Shown one piece after another: positions 41,277 to 50,747 of a stretch of 54,548 nucleotides of DNA. The notes under the pieces are model-generated. The model did no database searches. It had not been told where the DNA came from and saw nothing but the letters and a program-made list of their open reading frames with translations. Origin of the DNA: an uncultured Piscirickettsiaceae bacterium. Its GTDB lineage: Bacteria > Pseudomonadota > Gammaproteobacteria > GCF-002020875. Where the stretch lies: NCBI GenBank assembly GCA_964654355.1, contig CAZZIQ010000002.1, positions 1 through 54,548 of the forward strand, read 5' to 3'. Both the position numbers and the translations under genes were made by a program. The stretch's first letter is position 1. Each line of letters starts with the position of its first letter.

Positions 41277-41861
41277 ATGGGAAAGATGGCTACCCGACTG
41301 AATACGCGTTTTCGCGAACGTTGGCTCGCATTACAGCTACATGGTGGGGCTTTGATCGGCTATCCCACCGAAACTGTATTTGGCATCGGCTGTGATGCGC
41401 AGCACGCCGAGGCGGTGGCGGCGATTGCGCGAATGAAGGCGCGCGCACGTGGCAAAGGGCTCATCCTGGTAGCAGCGCGTCCGGAGCTGCTGCGGGATTG
41501 GGTGGAATGCACGCCGGCTCAGTGGCGCAAGGCGTGCGCGACCTGGCCGGGTCCGGTGACCTGGGTGTTTCCAGCAGGCCGTCCGCAAGGTCGCACGTTG
41601 CCGGCAGAGCTTCTTGCTGGCGATGGGACGGTGGCCGTGCGCGTGAGCCCACATCCGTTGGTGCAACGTCTCAGTGAAACGCTTGGCGGCCCTTTGGTCT
41701 CGACCAGCGCCAATCGCCGTGGCCGTACCCCAGCACGGAACGTTTGGGTGTTGCGCCAGAACTTGGGACGTGAACTGGACTTCGTTTTGGATGGTGCGCC
41801 AGGCTCGGGATGTCCCAGTCGGGTGATGGAGGGGGGTACGGGGCGAATCTTGCGGGGTTGA
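41277..41861 (+). CDS. tsaC: L-threonylcarbamoyladenylate synthase TsaC (YrdC/RimN)
   Basis: LIGYPTETVFGIGCDA and LVSTSANRRG motifs, about 190 aa. Confidence 0.88.
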   Translation: MGKMATRLNTRFRERWLALQLHGGALIGYPTETVFGIGCDAQHAEAVAAIARMKARARGKGLILVAARPELLRDWVECTPAQWRKACATWPGPVTWVFPAGRPQGRTLPAELLAGDGTVAVRVSPHPLVQRLSETLGGPLVSTSANRRGRTPARNVWVLRQNLGRELDFVLDGAPGSGCPSRVMEGGTGRILRG

Positions 41862-41964
41862 GACGCTTGGGATTTTTGTGAGAAATCTGATGCATGCCTG
41901 ACACAATCCCAGCGTTTTGCTTTATCCTTGATCCACTAATCGTAGTTGAGAGGATGTCCTAGGA

Positions 41965-42654
41965 ATGTTGCATACCATCAACGAAGTGGTTGAACTCACC
42001 GGTCGCAGCCGTTCCACCATCTACCGCATGTTTGATCGCGGTGAAATCAATTACTCCGTCGGGCGTGATGGCAAACGGCGGGTAGAAACCTCTGAATTGC
42101 TTCGGGTTTTTGACGATGTACGGATGGATCGAGAGCCTGTCCCAGCTGTATCACACACCCTAGAATCCCTTGCCGCAGAAGCGCGTGGCCCTGAATTGGC
42201 TCCTGCGCCGGGGGGGCTTTCGAGTGAGTTGCGAGAGTTGCGGGATTTGGTGAGACACTTGCAGGACGAGGTGGAACACATCCGCGAAGATAACAGCCGC
42301 CTGCTGCGACTTTTGGAATATCGCACCTATGGCCAGGCTGCGGGCGAAGATGCGGAAGCCGAATTGGACGAACACACCGTTCCACCAGTGACGGAAGTTG
42401 CGCGGGGGGGGTGGCAGCAATATCGGCAGCAACGCCAACAAGGTATCGAGACGCAGCAACCCGCAACCATGACTGCGACGACTCCAGCAGTATCCACCGG
42501 CCCTGCAACGACCGGAGAGACATCCGCCCCAGCTGCGCCGGTAACACCTGTGGCGACCTCCCCTGATGCGGCAGATCTGCGTCAGGCCGGACAAGTCTTG
42601 GGGGCCTGGCTCAAGAATTTCTTTTTGGGTGATTGGCAAAAACGCGATGTTTAA
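41965..42654 (+). CDS. Excisionase/MerR-superfamily HTH protein with coiled coil and a low-complexity C-terminal half
   Basis: N-terminus INEVVELTGRSRSTIYRMFDRGEINY (AlpA/Xis-type HTH). Coiled coil LRELRDLVRHLQDEVEHIREDNSRLLRLLE. A Q-, T-, A- and P-rich region follows. GAGAGGA lies about 10 nt before the ATG. Confidence 0.6.
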   Translation: MLHTINEVVELTGRSRSTIYRMFDRGEINYSVGRDGKRRVETSELLRVFDDVRMDREPVPAVSHTLESLAAEARGPELAPAPGGLSSELRELRDLVRHLQDEVEHIREDNSRLLRLLEYRTYGQAAGEDAEAELDEHTVPPVTEVARGGWQQYRQQRQQGIETQQPATMTATTPAVSTGPATTGETSAPAAPVTPVATSPDAADLRQAGQVLGAWLKNFFLGDWQKRDV

Positions 42655-42672
42655 ATCCAAACGATAGAGAAC

Positions 42673-42700
42673 AAAAAGCCCCGCCGAAGCGGGGCTTTTT
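42673..42700. terminator. Bidirectional rho-independent terminator
   Basis: AAAAA, then GCCCCGC, CGAA loop, GCGGGGC, then TTTTT. It lies between two convergent genes. Confidence 0.8.
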
Positions 42701-42738
42701 GTTGGGCGTTGCGTAGAGCGCCCGTTAATCCGGAGGGA

Positions 42739-43008
42739 TTAGTTATATGTGCGCTGAGCGGCAGCGGCAGCAAAGTAGCCGTTGCTTTCCAGCTGAGCGG
42801 CATCGGCCAGATCGGAAGACTTCGATTCGAAGTAGCCATGCTCAGACAGGTCCTTGATGCAGTAGGCTTGAGCGCTTTCTGCCGGCAAATGCATGCAGGC
42901 TGCGGCGGCTACGTAGCCCTGATCTTCTGCCCAGTTGGCGAAATCGCCGGCGAAGGCAGCGGGAAGGAAAATCAGGCTTGCGAGTGAAGCGTAGAAGGTC
43001 TTTTTCAT
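42739..43008 (-). CDS. Small secreted protein (89 aa precursor, about 69 aa mature) with three GY[VF] repeats
   Basis: Strong SD (AAGGAG 6 nt before the ATG). Sec signal MKKTFYASLASLIFLPAAFA|GD. The mature part has EDQGYVAAAA, SEHGYFESK and ESNGYFAAAAA repeats and two Cys. Confidence 0.7.
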   Translation of the reverse strand: MKKTFYASLASLIFLPAAFAGDFANWAEDQGYVAAAACMHLPAESAQAYCIKDLSEHGYFESKSSDLADAAQLESNGYFAAAAAQRTYN

Positions 43009-43036
43009 GAGTAACTCCTTGAAAAATATATAAAAA

Positions 43037-43065
43037 ATTAAAAACTATAAAATCTTGAATATCAA
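43037..43065 (-). promoter_or_regulatory. Candidate strong sigma70 promoter for the small secreted protein gene
   Basis: On the minus strand: TTGATA (43065-43060), 17-nt spacer, TTTAAT (43042-43037). It is embedded in a very AT-rich tract about 30 nt upstream of the ATG. Confidence 0.45.
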
Positions 43066-43088
43066 TAGATACTAATATATCAGCCCTT

Positions 43089-43110
43089 AAAAAAAGCAGT
43101 CGCACTGCTT
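43089..43110 (-). terminator. Weak terminator-like hairpin downstream of the ICMT-family gene
   Basis: On the minus strand: AAGCAGT, GCG loop, ACTGCTT, running into a T7 tract. The GC core is only 5 bp. Confidence 0.35.
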
Positions 43111-43257
43111 CGTTCTCCAGCGAACCGTTTCTGTGGTTCTTATCGAGGGGGTTTTGCCTCGTCGTTGGGATCACTGTAGGGCAGGAATATTTCTAGAGTT
43201 TTTCTCAAATAAGAAAATATTAATATACTTAATTAACTGGACTGATCGTCTCGAGAC

Positions 43258-43710
43258 TTAGAACAGCCCGGGAAAGAGTCGTTTGGTTGCAGCGGCATAG
43301 GCGCTGTAGGACGGATGTTTGACGCGCATGAGGCGTTCCTCGATTCGCGCCTTGCCAAGCAATACCAAGCTGAGACTGACGAAATACCCCAGCGACTCGA
43401 CCGAGGGAGCTGCCGCCACGCAGGCCAAGCCAAACAAAAGCACCGCGCTGTACATGGGATGACGAACCCAACGGTAGGGGCCGTGGCGAACCAGTTCGCC
43501 CGTCGGGTGCGGGTGCGGATGAATGTTGAAGTTGCCGGGACGATTCGCCCAAAGCGCGGCAAATCCAACGCCGGCTCCTGCGAGTAGCAATATCCAAACG
43601 CTGGGCTCGAAGGTGAACACCGCCTCGATGAACTGTGGATTCCACGCCAACAGGAAGATCAGCACGAACTGCAGGAACACCAAAAGTTGGCCGAGGCGGA
43701 GTGTGTTCAT
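43258..43710 (-). CDS. Isoprenylcysteine carboxyl methyltransferase (ICMT/PEMT) family membrane protein
   Basis: 150 aa, about 4 TM helices, and the characteristic LVRHGPYRWVRHPMYSAVLL...EERLM motif. Confidence 0.75.
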   Translation of the reverse strand: MNTLRLGQLLVFLQFVLIFLLAWNPQFIEAVFTFEPSVWILLLAGAGVGFAALWANRPGNFNIHPHPHPTGELVRHGPYRWVRHPMYSAVLLFGLACVAAAPSVESLGYFVSLSLVLLGKARIEERLMRVKHPSYSAYAAATKRLFPGLF

Positions 43711-43730
43711 TTAGAAAGATCACTGAAATC

Positions 43731-43751
43731 GGTGGGCCCAGCAGGACTCGA
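43731..43751. repeat. 21-nt duplicate (1 mismatch) of the 3' end of the adjacent tRNA; att-like remnant
   Basis: GGTGGGCCCAGCAGGACTCGA at 43731-43751 versus GGTGGGCCCGGCAGGACTCGA at 43818-43838 (tRNA T-arm and acceptor 3' half). Same orientation, 87 nt apart. Confidence 0.7.
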
Positions 43752-43816
43752 TCGGCGTAGCCGAGATCGGAGCAACGCGAGCATCCACCGTGTATGTCTG
43801 ATGTTTGGGAAAGGGG

Positions 43817-43892
<76 letters not shown>

Positions 43893-43910
43893 GATGGACA
43901 GCAACGAGGC

Positions 43911-45818
43911 TTAGTCCTCGAGATACGCGCGCAAGCCTTCCGCGCGTGACGGATGACGCAGTTTGCGCAGTGCCTTTGCTTCGATCTGACGAATACGCTC
44001 ACGTGTTACATCAAATTGTTTGCCGACTTCTTCGAGCGTATGGTCGGTATTCATATCGATGCCAAAGCGCATGCTCAACACTTTAGCTTCGCGCGGGGTG
44101 AGATCCGCCAGCGCATTACGAATGCGATAGTGCAGATCTTCCTTTTCGCTGGCTTCCACCGGCGACACCATGTTGGTGTCTTCGATGAAATCACCGAGAT
44201 GTGAATCTTCATCATCACCAATCGGCGTTTCGGTTGAGATCGGTTCCTTAGCAATTTTCAGGACCTTGCGGATCTTATCTTCCGGCATGTCCATTTCTTT
44301 CGCCAATTCATCTGGCGAAGGCTCGCGACCCAGCTCTTGCAAGAGCTGACGCTGTACACGATTGAGTTTGTTGATGGTCTCAATCATGTGAACCGGAATA
44401 CGGATGGTGCGTGCCTGATCGGCAATCGAACGGGTGATGGCCTGACGAATCCACCAGGTCGCATAGGTCGAGAACTTGTACCCACGACGGTATTCGAACT
44501 TGTCGACCGCCTTCATCAAACCAATGTTGCCTTCCTGAATCAGATCCAAGAACTGCAAGCCACGGTTGGTGTATTTCTTGGCGATCGAAATCACCAGACG
44601 GAGGTTAGCTTCAATCATCTCCTTCTTGGCGCGGCGTGCTTTCGCTTCGCCAATCGCGAGCATACGATTGATTTCTTTGATCTCGTTAACCGAAATTCCA
44701 GTCTTGGTTTCGATGCTGCCGAGTTTGCGCTGGGCGCGACGAATATCATCCGCATATGGCGCAATGGCTTTTGCGCACTTCTTGCGGCTGTTGACGATTT
44801 CATCAATCCAGGTTGGGTCGGTGGCGCGATCCGGGAAGCTGGAAATGAACTCCTTACGAGGCATGCCCGCGCGATCAATCGCAGCGATCATCACCACGCG
44901 TTCACATTCGCGAATGGTATCTACCGTGCTACGCAAATCGGTCATCAGGCGGTCCATTACCTGCGGCACCATCTTGCACTGCATGAAGTGACCAGCTAAT
45001 TCTTCGCGCAAGGCGATTACTTTGACATCACTAAAGCTGCTCTTTTTCGCAGCGCGCTCGACTTTTTGTTGGAGCTCATGAATGAGCTTGAGGCGACCGA
45101 TCATCATTTCCGGCGACGGGCCAGAGTATTCGGTCTTTACGACTTCTTCTTCGCCACTACCGTTATCGTCTGAGTCATCATCGCTGTCGCTATCATCATC
45201 GCTGCTTGCTTCGGCATCTGATGCTTCTTCTTCTGGTTCTTCTACGACTGCGCATGGCGAGGTTTCCGGTTGGAAGTCGCACAGCCCATTCATCAAGTCG
45301 TCAATCTTGCCTTCGCCCTTATTGATCTTTTCATAGGCTTCGAGCACGGCGCTCACCGTATTCGGGTACATCGCCAGCGCTTGCATCATTTGCATGATGC
45401 CGTCTTCGATGCGGCGTGCGATTTCGATTTCGCCTTCGCGGGTCAGTAGCTCAACTGAACCCATCTCACGCATGTACATGCGCACTGGGTCGGTGGTGCG
45501 GGTTTGACCATCATCGCTGGCGAGTAGAATCGCTGCGGCTTCAATCGCTTCTTCAGCAGAATCGTCGTCGTTGTTGGAGTTGCTGTTGTCATCCGTGATG
45601 ATGCTGGTTTCATCTGGTGCTTTCTCGCGCACCTTGATGCCCATATCACTGATGAGCGTCACCACTTCATCCAGCTGCTCGGTCTCGCTGATCTCGTCCG
45701 GAAGCGAGTCATTGATCTCGGCAAAGGTGAGATAGCCCTGGGCTTTGCCACGGGCGATGAGTTCCTTGATCTGGAGTTCCTGCTGCTGCTTGGTGCTCAT
45801 GAATTCCTTGACTCGCAA
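43911..45818 (-). CDS. rpoD: RNA polymerase sigma factor RpoD (sigma70)
   Basis: Acidic region 1, and region 2 ([56 protein letters not shown]). Region 4 contains [29 protein letters not shown]. Confidence 0.97.
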   Translation of the reverse strand: MRVKEFMSTKQQQELQIKELIARGKAQGYLTFAEINDSLPDEISETEQLDEVVTLISDMGIKVREKAPDETSIITDDNSNSNNDDDSAEEAIEAAAILLASDDGQTRTTDPVRMYMREMGSVELLTREGEIEIARRIEDGIMQMMQALAMYPNTVSAVLEAYEKINKGEGKIDDLMNGLCDFQPETSPCAVVEEPEEEASDAEASSDDDSDSDDDSDDNGSGEEEVVKTEYSGPSPEMMIGRLKLIHELQQKVERAAKKSSFSDVKVIALREELAGHFMQCKMVPQVMDRLMTDLRSTVDTIRECERVVMIAAIDRAGMPRKEFISSFPDRATDPTWIDEIVNSRKKCAKAIAPYADDIRRAQRKLGSIETKTGISVNEIKEINRMLAIGEAKARRAKKEMIEANLRLVISIAKKYTNRGLQFLDLIQEGNIGLMKAVDKFEYRRGYKFSTYATWWIRQAITRSIADQARTIRIPVHMIETINKLNRVQRQLLQELGREPSPDELAKEMDMPEDKIRKVLKIAKEPISTETPIGDDEDSHLGDFIEDTNMVSPVEASEKEDLHYRIRNALADLTPREAKVLSMRFGIDMNTDHTLEEVGKQFDVTRERIRQIEAKALRKLRHPSRAEGLRAYLED

Positions 45819-45921
45819 CGCTCAATGAGTGAAGCCGACCACGAAGCGCGACCCAGCCGGGCGGTGTGCCAGCGGCAGATGAGGAGTCGGGCGTGGGGCG
45901 TAGCCGGCGGATTATACCGGC

Positions 45922-47694
45922 TTAGACCGCGCGTTGCTGCAAGCGTTCGGCCAATTCGGCGCGCTCATCCGCGCTGAGGTTGCCGCTGCGCGAGCGGGCA
46001 ATGAGGTCATCCAGGCGAGCTTCGGCAAGACTTTTGCGCAGGCGGGCCCAGCCATCAAGGAATTCCTTGCCATGCCCAGATTGCAGCGCGGGCAAGGGAT
46101 GGCTCAATAAACGCTCGAGCGCTGCAGTGGCCTGGGGTTGTTCGCGCCAGTATTCGCTGAGATGGGCGAGGGTACGACCGGGCTGTTCGCGGAAGAAGCC
46201 CACGACTTCGACGAAAAACTGCAGGGCGCGGTCCTCAGCTTGGCGTTCGGCTTCGTCCTGTAGCCAGGTCCAATCATCCAGTTGCAGAGCTAGATCGGGC
46301 TGATCGAGCAAAATGCGTAGGGTGTGGCGCAACAGATTCGGCGTCGTGCGCCGTGCTTGCCCCGCCTGTGCACGCGCCTCGCGTTGCTTGGGGTTGCGCG
46401 CAGGGGTGTCGAGACCAAGCCCTTGACGCAGGCGAGATGGATCCAGCCCCACTTCTTTGCCGAGTCGCTCCAGCATGGTTTCGCGGAAGATCCCGGCGGG
46501 GAGTTGGTTGAGCAGGGGTTTGGCGCGCTCAGCGGCGCGGGCGCGCCCATCGAGTGAATGCGTGTGTTCTTCATCAAACAAGTGTTCAAAGAAGAAATCC
46601 GATAAGGGTTTGGCACGTGCGACCTCGGCTTCGAAGGCGGCTTGGCCTTGAGCGCGGATGAAGCTGTCGGGATCTTCGCCTTCAGGCAAAAACAAAAAGC
46701 TTACTTGCAACCCATCGCGCAGTTGCGGCAGTGTGGTTTCCAAGGCCTTCCATGCCGCCGCGCGACCCGCGCGATCTCCATCGAAACAGAAGATGACCTT
46801 GGAGACCGTGCGAAACAAACGCTGTAGGTGTTCAGCAGTCGTGGCCGTCCCCAGTGTTGCAACCGCATTGCGCACGCCATGTTGGGCCAGCGCGACCACA
46901 TCCATATAGCCCTCGACTACGAGCAGCGCTTCCAGCTTGCGGGTGTGTTGCTTGGCGAGATAGAGGCCATACAACTCGCGGCCTTTGTGAAATACAGGCG
47001 TTTCGGGTGAGTTTAAATACTTGGGTTCACCTTGGCCCATGATGCGGCCGCCAAAACCAATCACGCGGCCGCGGCTGTCGTGGATCGGGAAAATGATGCG
47101 TTCGCGCAAACGATCACGCAGGTTGCCATTCTTTTCGCTGGTCAGGCCCGCACGATCCAATAAAGTCCGACGCTCGGGTGTGGTACCGAGTGCGCGCACC
47201 ACGTTGTCCCAGCCCGGCGGCGCAAAGCCCAGTCCAAAGTCAGCGGCAATCGCGCCGCTCAAGCCACGTTGCTTGAGGTAATCAATCGCAGTTTCGCGCT
47301 GCGGATGTTTGCGCAGTTGTTGTTGGTACCAACGATTGACTTCATCCAGGATGTCGTAGAGTGGTTGATGGTTTTGCTGTGGTGCTGCGGTTTCATCGAT
47401 CGGAACTTGCAAGCCCGCGCGTTGTGCCAGCTCCTCCACCGCCTCGCGAAATTCGAGGTGGTCGTATTCCATCAAGAAGGCCAGTGCTGTGCCGTGCGCG
47501 CCACAACCAAAGCAGTGATAGAACTGTTTGGTCTGACTAACGGTAAACGACGGCGTGTTTTCGTTATGGAACGGACAGCAAGCTTTGTATTCGTGACCGG
47601 CCTTTTTTAATGGCACGCGCGCATCGATCAGCTCGACAATGTCGGTGCGTGAAAGCAGTTCATCAATAAAGGGTTGCGGAATGCGGCCAGCCAT
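45922..47694 (-). CDS. dnaG: DNA primase
   Basis: Zinc ribbon CCPFHNENTPSFTV...YHCFGCGAHG, and TOPRIM VVEGYMDVV...FDGDRAGRAAA. Confidence 0.95.
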   Translation of the reverse strand: MAGRIPQPFIDELLSRTDIVELIDARVPLKKAGHEYKACCPFHNENTPSFTVSQTKQFYHCFGCGAHGTALAFLMEYDHLEFREAVEELAQRAGLQVPIDETAAPQQNHQPLYDILDEVNRWYQQQLRKHPQRETAIDYLKQRGLSGAIAADFGLGFAPPGWDNVVRALGTTPERRTLLDRAGLTSEKNGNLRDRLRERIIFPIHDSRGRVIGFGGRIMGQGEPKYLNSPETPVFHKGRELYGLYLAKQHTRKLEALLVVEGYMDVVALAQHGVRNAVATLGTATTAEHLQRLFRTVSKVIFCFDGDRAGRAAAWKALETTLPQLRDGLQVSFLFLPEGEDPDSFIRAQGQAAFEAEVARAKPLSDFFFEHLFDEEHTHSLDGRARAAERAKPLLNQLPAGIFRETMLERLGKEVGLDPSRLRQGLGLDTPARNPKQREARAQAGQARRTTPNLLRHTLRILLDQPDLALQLDDWTWLQDEAERQAEDRALQFFVEVVGFFREQPGRTLAHLSEYWREQPQATAALERLLSHPLPALQSGHGKEFLDGWARLRKSLAEARLDDLIARSRSGNLSADERAELAERLQQRAV

Positions 47695-47751
47695 CCGCGG
47701 ATGATACCTGTCGAGATCGGGGCTGCACGCCGTAACGCATGCAGAAGGGGA

Positions 47752-48198
47752 TTAGCCGCCGAGGCGAGCTTTGATGCGGCTGCTGACCGCGCCCATGTCG
47801 GCGCGACCCTGTACCTTGGGCCTGAGCTGGCCCATGACCTTGCCCATGTCGGCCATGCCGCTCGCGCCGGTACTGGTGATGGCTGCGTCGATCAGTGCGT
47901 CGATTTCGGCATCAGACAGAGCGGCCGGCATAAATACTTGAATGATTTCGATCTCAGCGCGCTCAACCACGGCGAGGTCTTCACGACCGGCGGCGGTGTA
48001 TTGCTGATCGGAGTCGCGACGCTGCTTGATCATCTTGTCGAGCACAGCGAGGGTTTGTGCGTCATCCAGTTCGATGCGCTCATCCACTTCTTTCTGCTTG
48101 ATTGCAGCCGTCACCATACGCAAAACGCGCAGGCGATCTTTTTCACCTGCGCGCATGGCGTCTTTCACCGCATCCAGAATCTGCGTTTTCAGCGACAT
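47752..48198 (-). CDS. yqeY: GatB/YqeY domain-containing protein
   Basis: 148 aa. MSLKTQILDAVKDAMRAGEKDRLRVLRMV...GKVMGQLRPKVQGRADMGAVSSRIKARL is typical of YqeY. It lies between rpsU and dnaG. Confidence 0.88.
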   Translation of the reverse strand: MSLKTQILDAVKDAMRAGEKDRLRVLRMVTAAIKQKEVDERIELDDAQTLAVLDKMIKQRRDSDQQYTAAGREDLAVVERAEIEIIQVFMPAALSDAEIDALIDAAITSTGASGMADMGKVMGQLRPKVQGRADMGAVSSRIKARLGG

Positions 48199-48240
48199 CG
48201 CTGCGAACGGTTCGGGTGGGTGAGAAAAGAAGAAGCGAAC

Positions 48241-48471
48241 TTAGCGGGAGAGCAAGCCGCGGTTCCGCTCGAGCGAAATACGCTCACGCGAAACACGCTT
48301 CAGCTGACGCTTCACAGCCGCAGCAGCTTTACGCTTACGGATGGAGGTCGGCTTTTCATAAGTCGTACGCTCGCGAGCTTCGGCAACAATGCCGGCTTTT
48401 TCGCAAGCGCGCTTGAAGCGGCGCAGTGCAGCTTCAAAAGGTTCGTTTTCACGAGCACGAACGCTAGGCAT
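48241..48471 (-). CDS. rpsU: 30S ribosomal protein S21
   Basis: [28 protein letters not shown]..., a basic 76-aa protein. Confidence 0.95.
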   Translation of the reverse strand: MPSVRARENEPFEAALRRFKRACEKAGIVAEARERTTYEKPTSIRKRKAAAAVKRQLKRVSRERISLERNRGLLSR

Positions 48472-48554
48472 GGATTCGGTGTCCTTACAAACAAGTTGTG
48501 AATCGATTCAATTTCTCGCCGGCGAGCGAGATGCCCAGCGACAGAAAACGCGCG

Positions 48555-48583
48555 ATTATACGGACGTCGGCGGGGGCTTTCAA
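48555..48583 (-). promoter_or_regulatory. Near-consensus sigma70 promoter of the rpsU-yqeY-dnaG-rpoD operon
   Basis: On the minus strand: TTGAAA (48583-48578), 17-nt spacer, TATAAT (48560-48555). It lies about 85 nt upstream of the rpsU ATG. Confidence 0.6.
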
Positions 48584-48687
48584 TCCTGCGCACTTGAGGG
48601 TGTTTTGGGGTGGTGAGGCGCCTCGGGACTCCGCGCCGACGCGGAGAAGCCGCCCGTGCGCGTCTGCGCGACAGTAGAATGCCGCAT

Positions 48688-49710
48688 ATGTGGGTTCTGG
48701 GTATCGAAAGTTCATGTGATGAAACCGGTGTCGCGATCTATGGCGGCCAGCCGGCGTCGTTGCGCGCTCACGTGCTGCACAGCCAAGTTAAGCTGCATGC
48801 GGAATGGGGCGGTGTGGTGCCGGAATTGGCCTCGCGGGATCACATTCGTCGGGTCTTGCCGCTGACGCGAGAAGCCTTGACCCAGGCGGGGTTGGCCCCG
48901 AAGGACCTAGCTGGCGTAGCCTACACGGCCGGGCCGGGCTTGGCGGGCGCTCTGCTGGTCGGCGCGAGTACCGCGCGGGCACTGGCCTTCGCATGGGGGG
49001 TTCCCGCCATTGGTGTGCATCACATGGAAGGCCACTTGTTGGCCCCGATGCTGGAGGAACAGCCTCCCGAATTTCCGTTTGTGGCTTTATTGATTTCGGG
49101 TGGGCATACCCAGCTTATGGCAGTGCGCGCTGTGGGCGACTATGAGCTGTTGGGTGAATCACTGGATGATGCCGCGGGTGAAGCTTTCGATAAGACGGCT
49201 AAGCTGCTCAATCTCGGTTATCCCGGCGGACCAGCGTTGTCGAAGCTCGCCGAGCAGGGTGATCCCGCACGGTTCAAGTTTCCGCGCCCGATGACCGATC
49301 GCCCCGGATTGGATTTCAGCTTCAGTGGTCTCAAAACCTTTGCCCTTACGACGGTGCAGGGTCATGGTGAAGAAGCGCATGCCGATATCGCGCGCGCGTT
49401 TGAAGAGGCGGTTGCAGATACCTTGGCAATCAAATGCCGTCGTGCACTCGTGCAGACGGGGTTTGCGCGCTTGGTGATTGCGGGTGGGGTGAGCGCGAAC
49501 ACCCGCGTGCGTTTGCAACTGGAAGCCATGGTGCACGCGCAGGGTGCGGAGCTCTATTTTCCACGTCCAGAGTTTTGCACCGACAACGGCGCGATGATCG
49601 CGTATGCCGGTTGGGTGCGCCTGATGGCTTCAGAACATCCCGCTGCGCTCAGTCTGCCGGTACGGCCACGTTGGCCGATGACCGAATTGCAGCCGATTAC
49701 GGCTGGCTAA
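48688..49710 (+). CDS. tsaD: tRNA N6-adenosine threonylcarbamoyltransferase TsaD (Gcp/YgjD)
   Basis: [19 protein letters not shown]-terminus, [10 protein letters not shown] metal site, [10 protein letters not shown]. Divergent from rpsU as in E. coli. ATG 48679 is an alternative start. Confidence 0.93.
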   Translation: MWVLGIESSCDETGVAIYGGQPASLRAHVLHSQVKLHAEWGGVVPELASRDHIRRVLPLTREALTQAGLAPKDLAGVAYTAGPGLAGALLVGASTARALAFAWGVPAIGVHHMEGHLLAPMLEEQPPEFPFVALLISGGHTQLMAVRAVGDYELLGESLDDAAGEAFDKTAKLLNLGYPGGPALSKLAEQGDPARFKFPRPMTDRPGLDFSFSGLKTFALTTVQGHGEEAHADIARAFEEAVADTLAIKCRRALVQTGFARLVIAGGVSANTRVRLQLEAMVHAQGAELYFPRPEFCTDNGAMIAYAGWVRLMASEHPAALSLPVRPRWPMTELQPITAG

Positions 49711-50321
49711 CGATGGATCTTGCCTTCTGCGCCGTTCAACAAGTTTTGAATGTTGCTGCGGTGCCGCCAAAACAGAATCAGGGTTTGCGCTGCTAACAGG
49801 CTCACGAGCAGTGTCGAGTCGCTTTCGCCCGTGAAATACGGAATCAGGTAGAACGCATAGAGTGGCGCTAGTGCGGTGGCAATGAGTGCCGAAAGCGAAG
49901 AGATGCGCAGTATCTTGGCGACAAACAGCCATGTTGCCGCAGTGGCAAGACCAAGGCTCCAATGCAGCCCCAAGGCCATACCAAGGTAGGTTGCGACCCC
50001 TTTGCCGCCCTTGAACTGAAAGAAGATCGGGTAGAGGTGGCCGATGAACGCTGAGAAGCCAATCAGCACCAAGGCGTTGAGTGGCAGTTCGAAGGTGTGA
50101 CCGATCAGGACTGGGATCAGGCCTTTGAGCAGGTCGCCGGCTAGGGTGAACCCCGCGGCCTTCTTGCCACCGATGCGCAGCATATTGGTTGCGCCGGGAT
50201 TGCCGGAGCCTTGCTCGCGTGGGTCGGGTAGGCCGAGTAGACGCGCAATCACAATCGCGCTCGAAATCGAGCCAAGTAAATACGCCGCAGCGATCAGAAT
50301 CCAAGCCGTGTGTGTCAGCAT
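49707..50321 (-). CDS. plsY: Glycerol-3-phosphate acyltransferase PlsY
   Basis: GSGNPGATN and FKGGKGVAT motifs, 204 aa polytopic. Confidence 0.93.
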   Translation of the reverse strand: MLTHTAWILIAAAYLLGSISSAIVIARLLGLPDPREQGSGNPGATNMLRIGGKKAAGFTLAGDLLKGLIPVLIGHTFELPLNALVLIGFSAFIGHLYPIFFQFKGGKGVATYLGMALGLHWSLGLATAATWLFVAKILRISSLSALIATALAPLYAFYLIPYFTGESDSTLLVSLLAAQTLILFWRHRSNIQNLLNGAEGKIHR

Positions 50322-50376
50322 CGCGGTATTCTACGCGTTCATTTTAAAAAAGCATGCAGCGAAAACAGGGAAGCGT

Positions 50377-50739
50377 ATGGCACAGGACATCGTTTATATC
50401 CGTGATCTCGAGGTCCGCACGGTGATTGGGATTTATGACTGGGAGCGACAGATCAAGCAGAAGGTGTCGATGGATCTGGAGATGGCAGCAGATATTGCGC
50501 GCGCAGCGAAGACGGATGCCATTGCCGATACGCTCGATTACAAATCGATAGCCAAGGCAGTCATTGCTTTTACTGAAGCAAGTTCATTTCAGTTGGTTGA
50601 GACGCTTGCGGAGCGAATTGCTGAAATCATTACTAAAGACTTTGGTGTCTCATGGCTACGCCTACGGGTGAGTAAGCCTGGTGCGGTGCGTGGTTCGCGT
50701 GACGTCGGTGTTGTGATTGAGCGTGGCGAGCGCGCATAA
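50377..50739 (+). CDS. folB: Dihydroneopterin aldolase
   Basis: Start trimmed to MAQDIVYIRDLEVRTVIGIYDWERQIKQKV...DYKSIAK (FolB pattern). 120 aa. Divergent from plsY, as in E. coli. Confidence 0.9.
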   Translation: MAQDIVYIRDLEVRTVIGIYDWERQIKQKVSMDLEMAADIARAAKTDAIADTLDYKSIAKAVIAFTEASSFQLVETLAERIAEIITKDFGVSWLRLRVSKPGAVRGSRDVGVVIERGERA

Positions 50740-50747
50740 CGGTTCTG

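Noticed and set aside
42842-43174. 110-aa minus-strand ORF running through the AT-rich spacer into the small secreted protein gene.
   Set aside because: It has a GTG start with no SD. It reads through the predicted promoter and is out of frame with the gene that has a strong SD and a signal peptide.
45911-45916. Perfect TATAAT (minus strand) immediately after the dnaG stop, a possible rpoD-specific promoter.
   Set aside because: No acceptable -35 element lies at 16-18 nt (CAGCAA / GCAGCA), and the extended -10 TG is only half matched. It is plausible by analogy with internal rpoD promoters in E. coli but is unsupported here.
47674-48501. 275-aa plus-strand ORF across the dnaG 5' end, yqeY and rpsU.
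   Set aside because: It is antisense to three conserved genes of the macromolecular-synthesis operon and is not credible as coding sequence.
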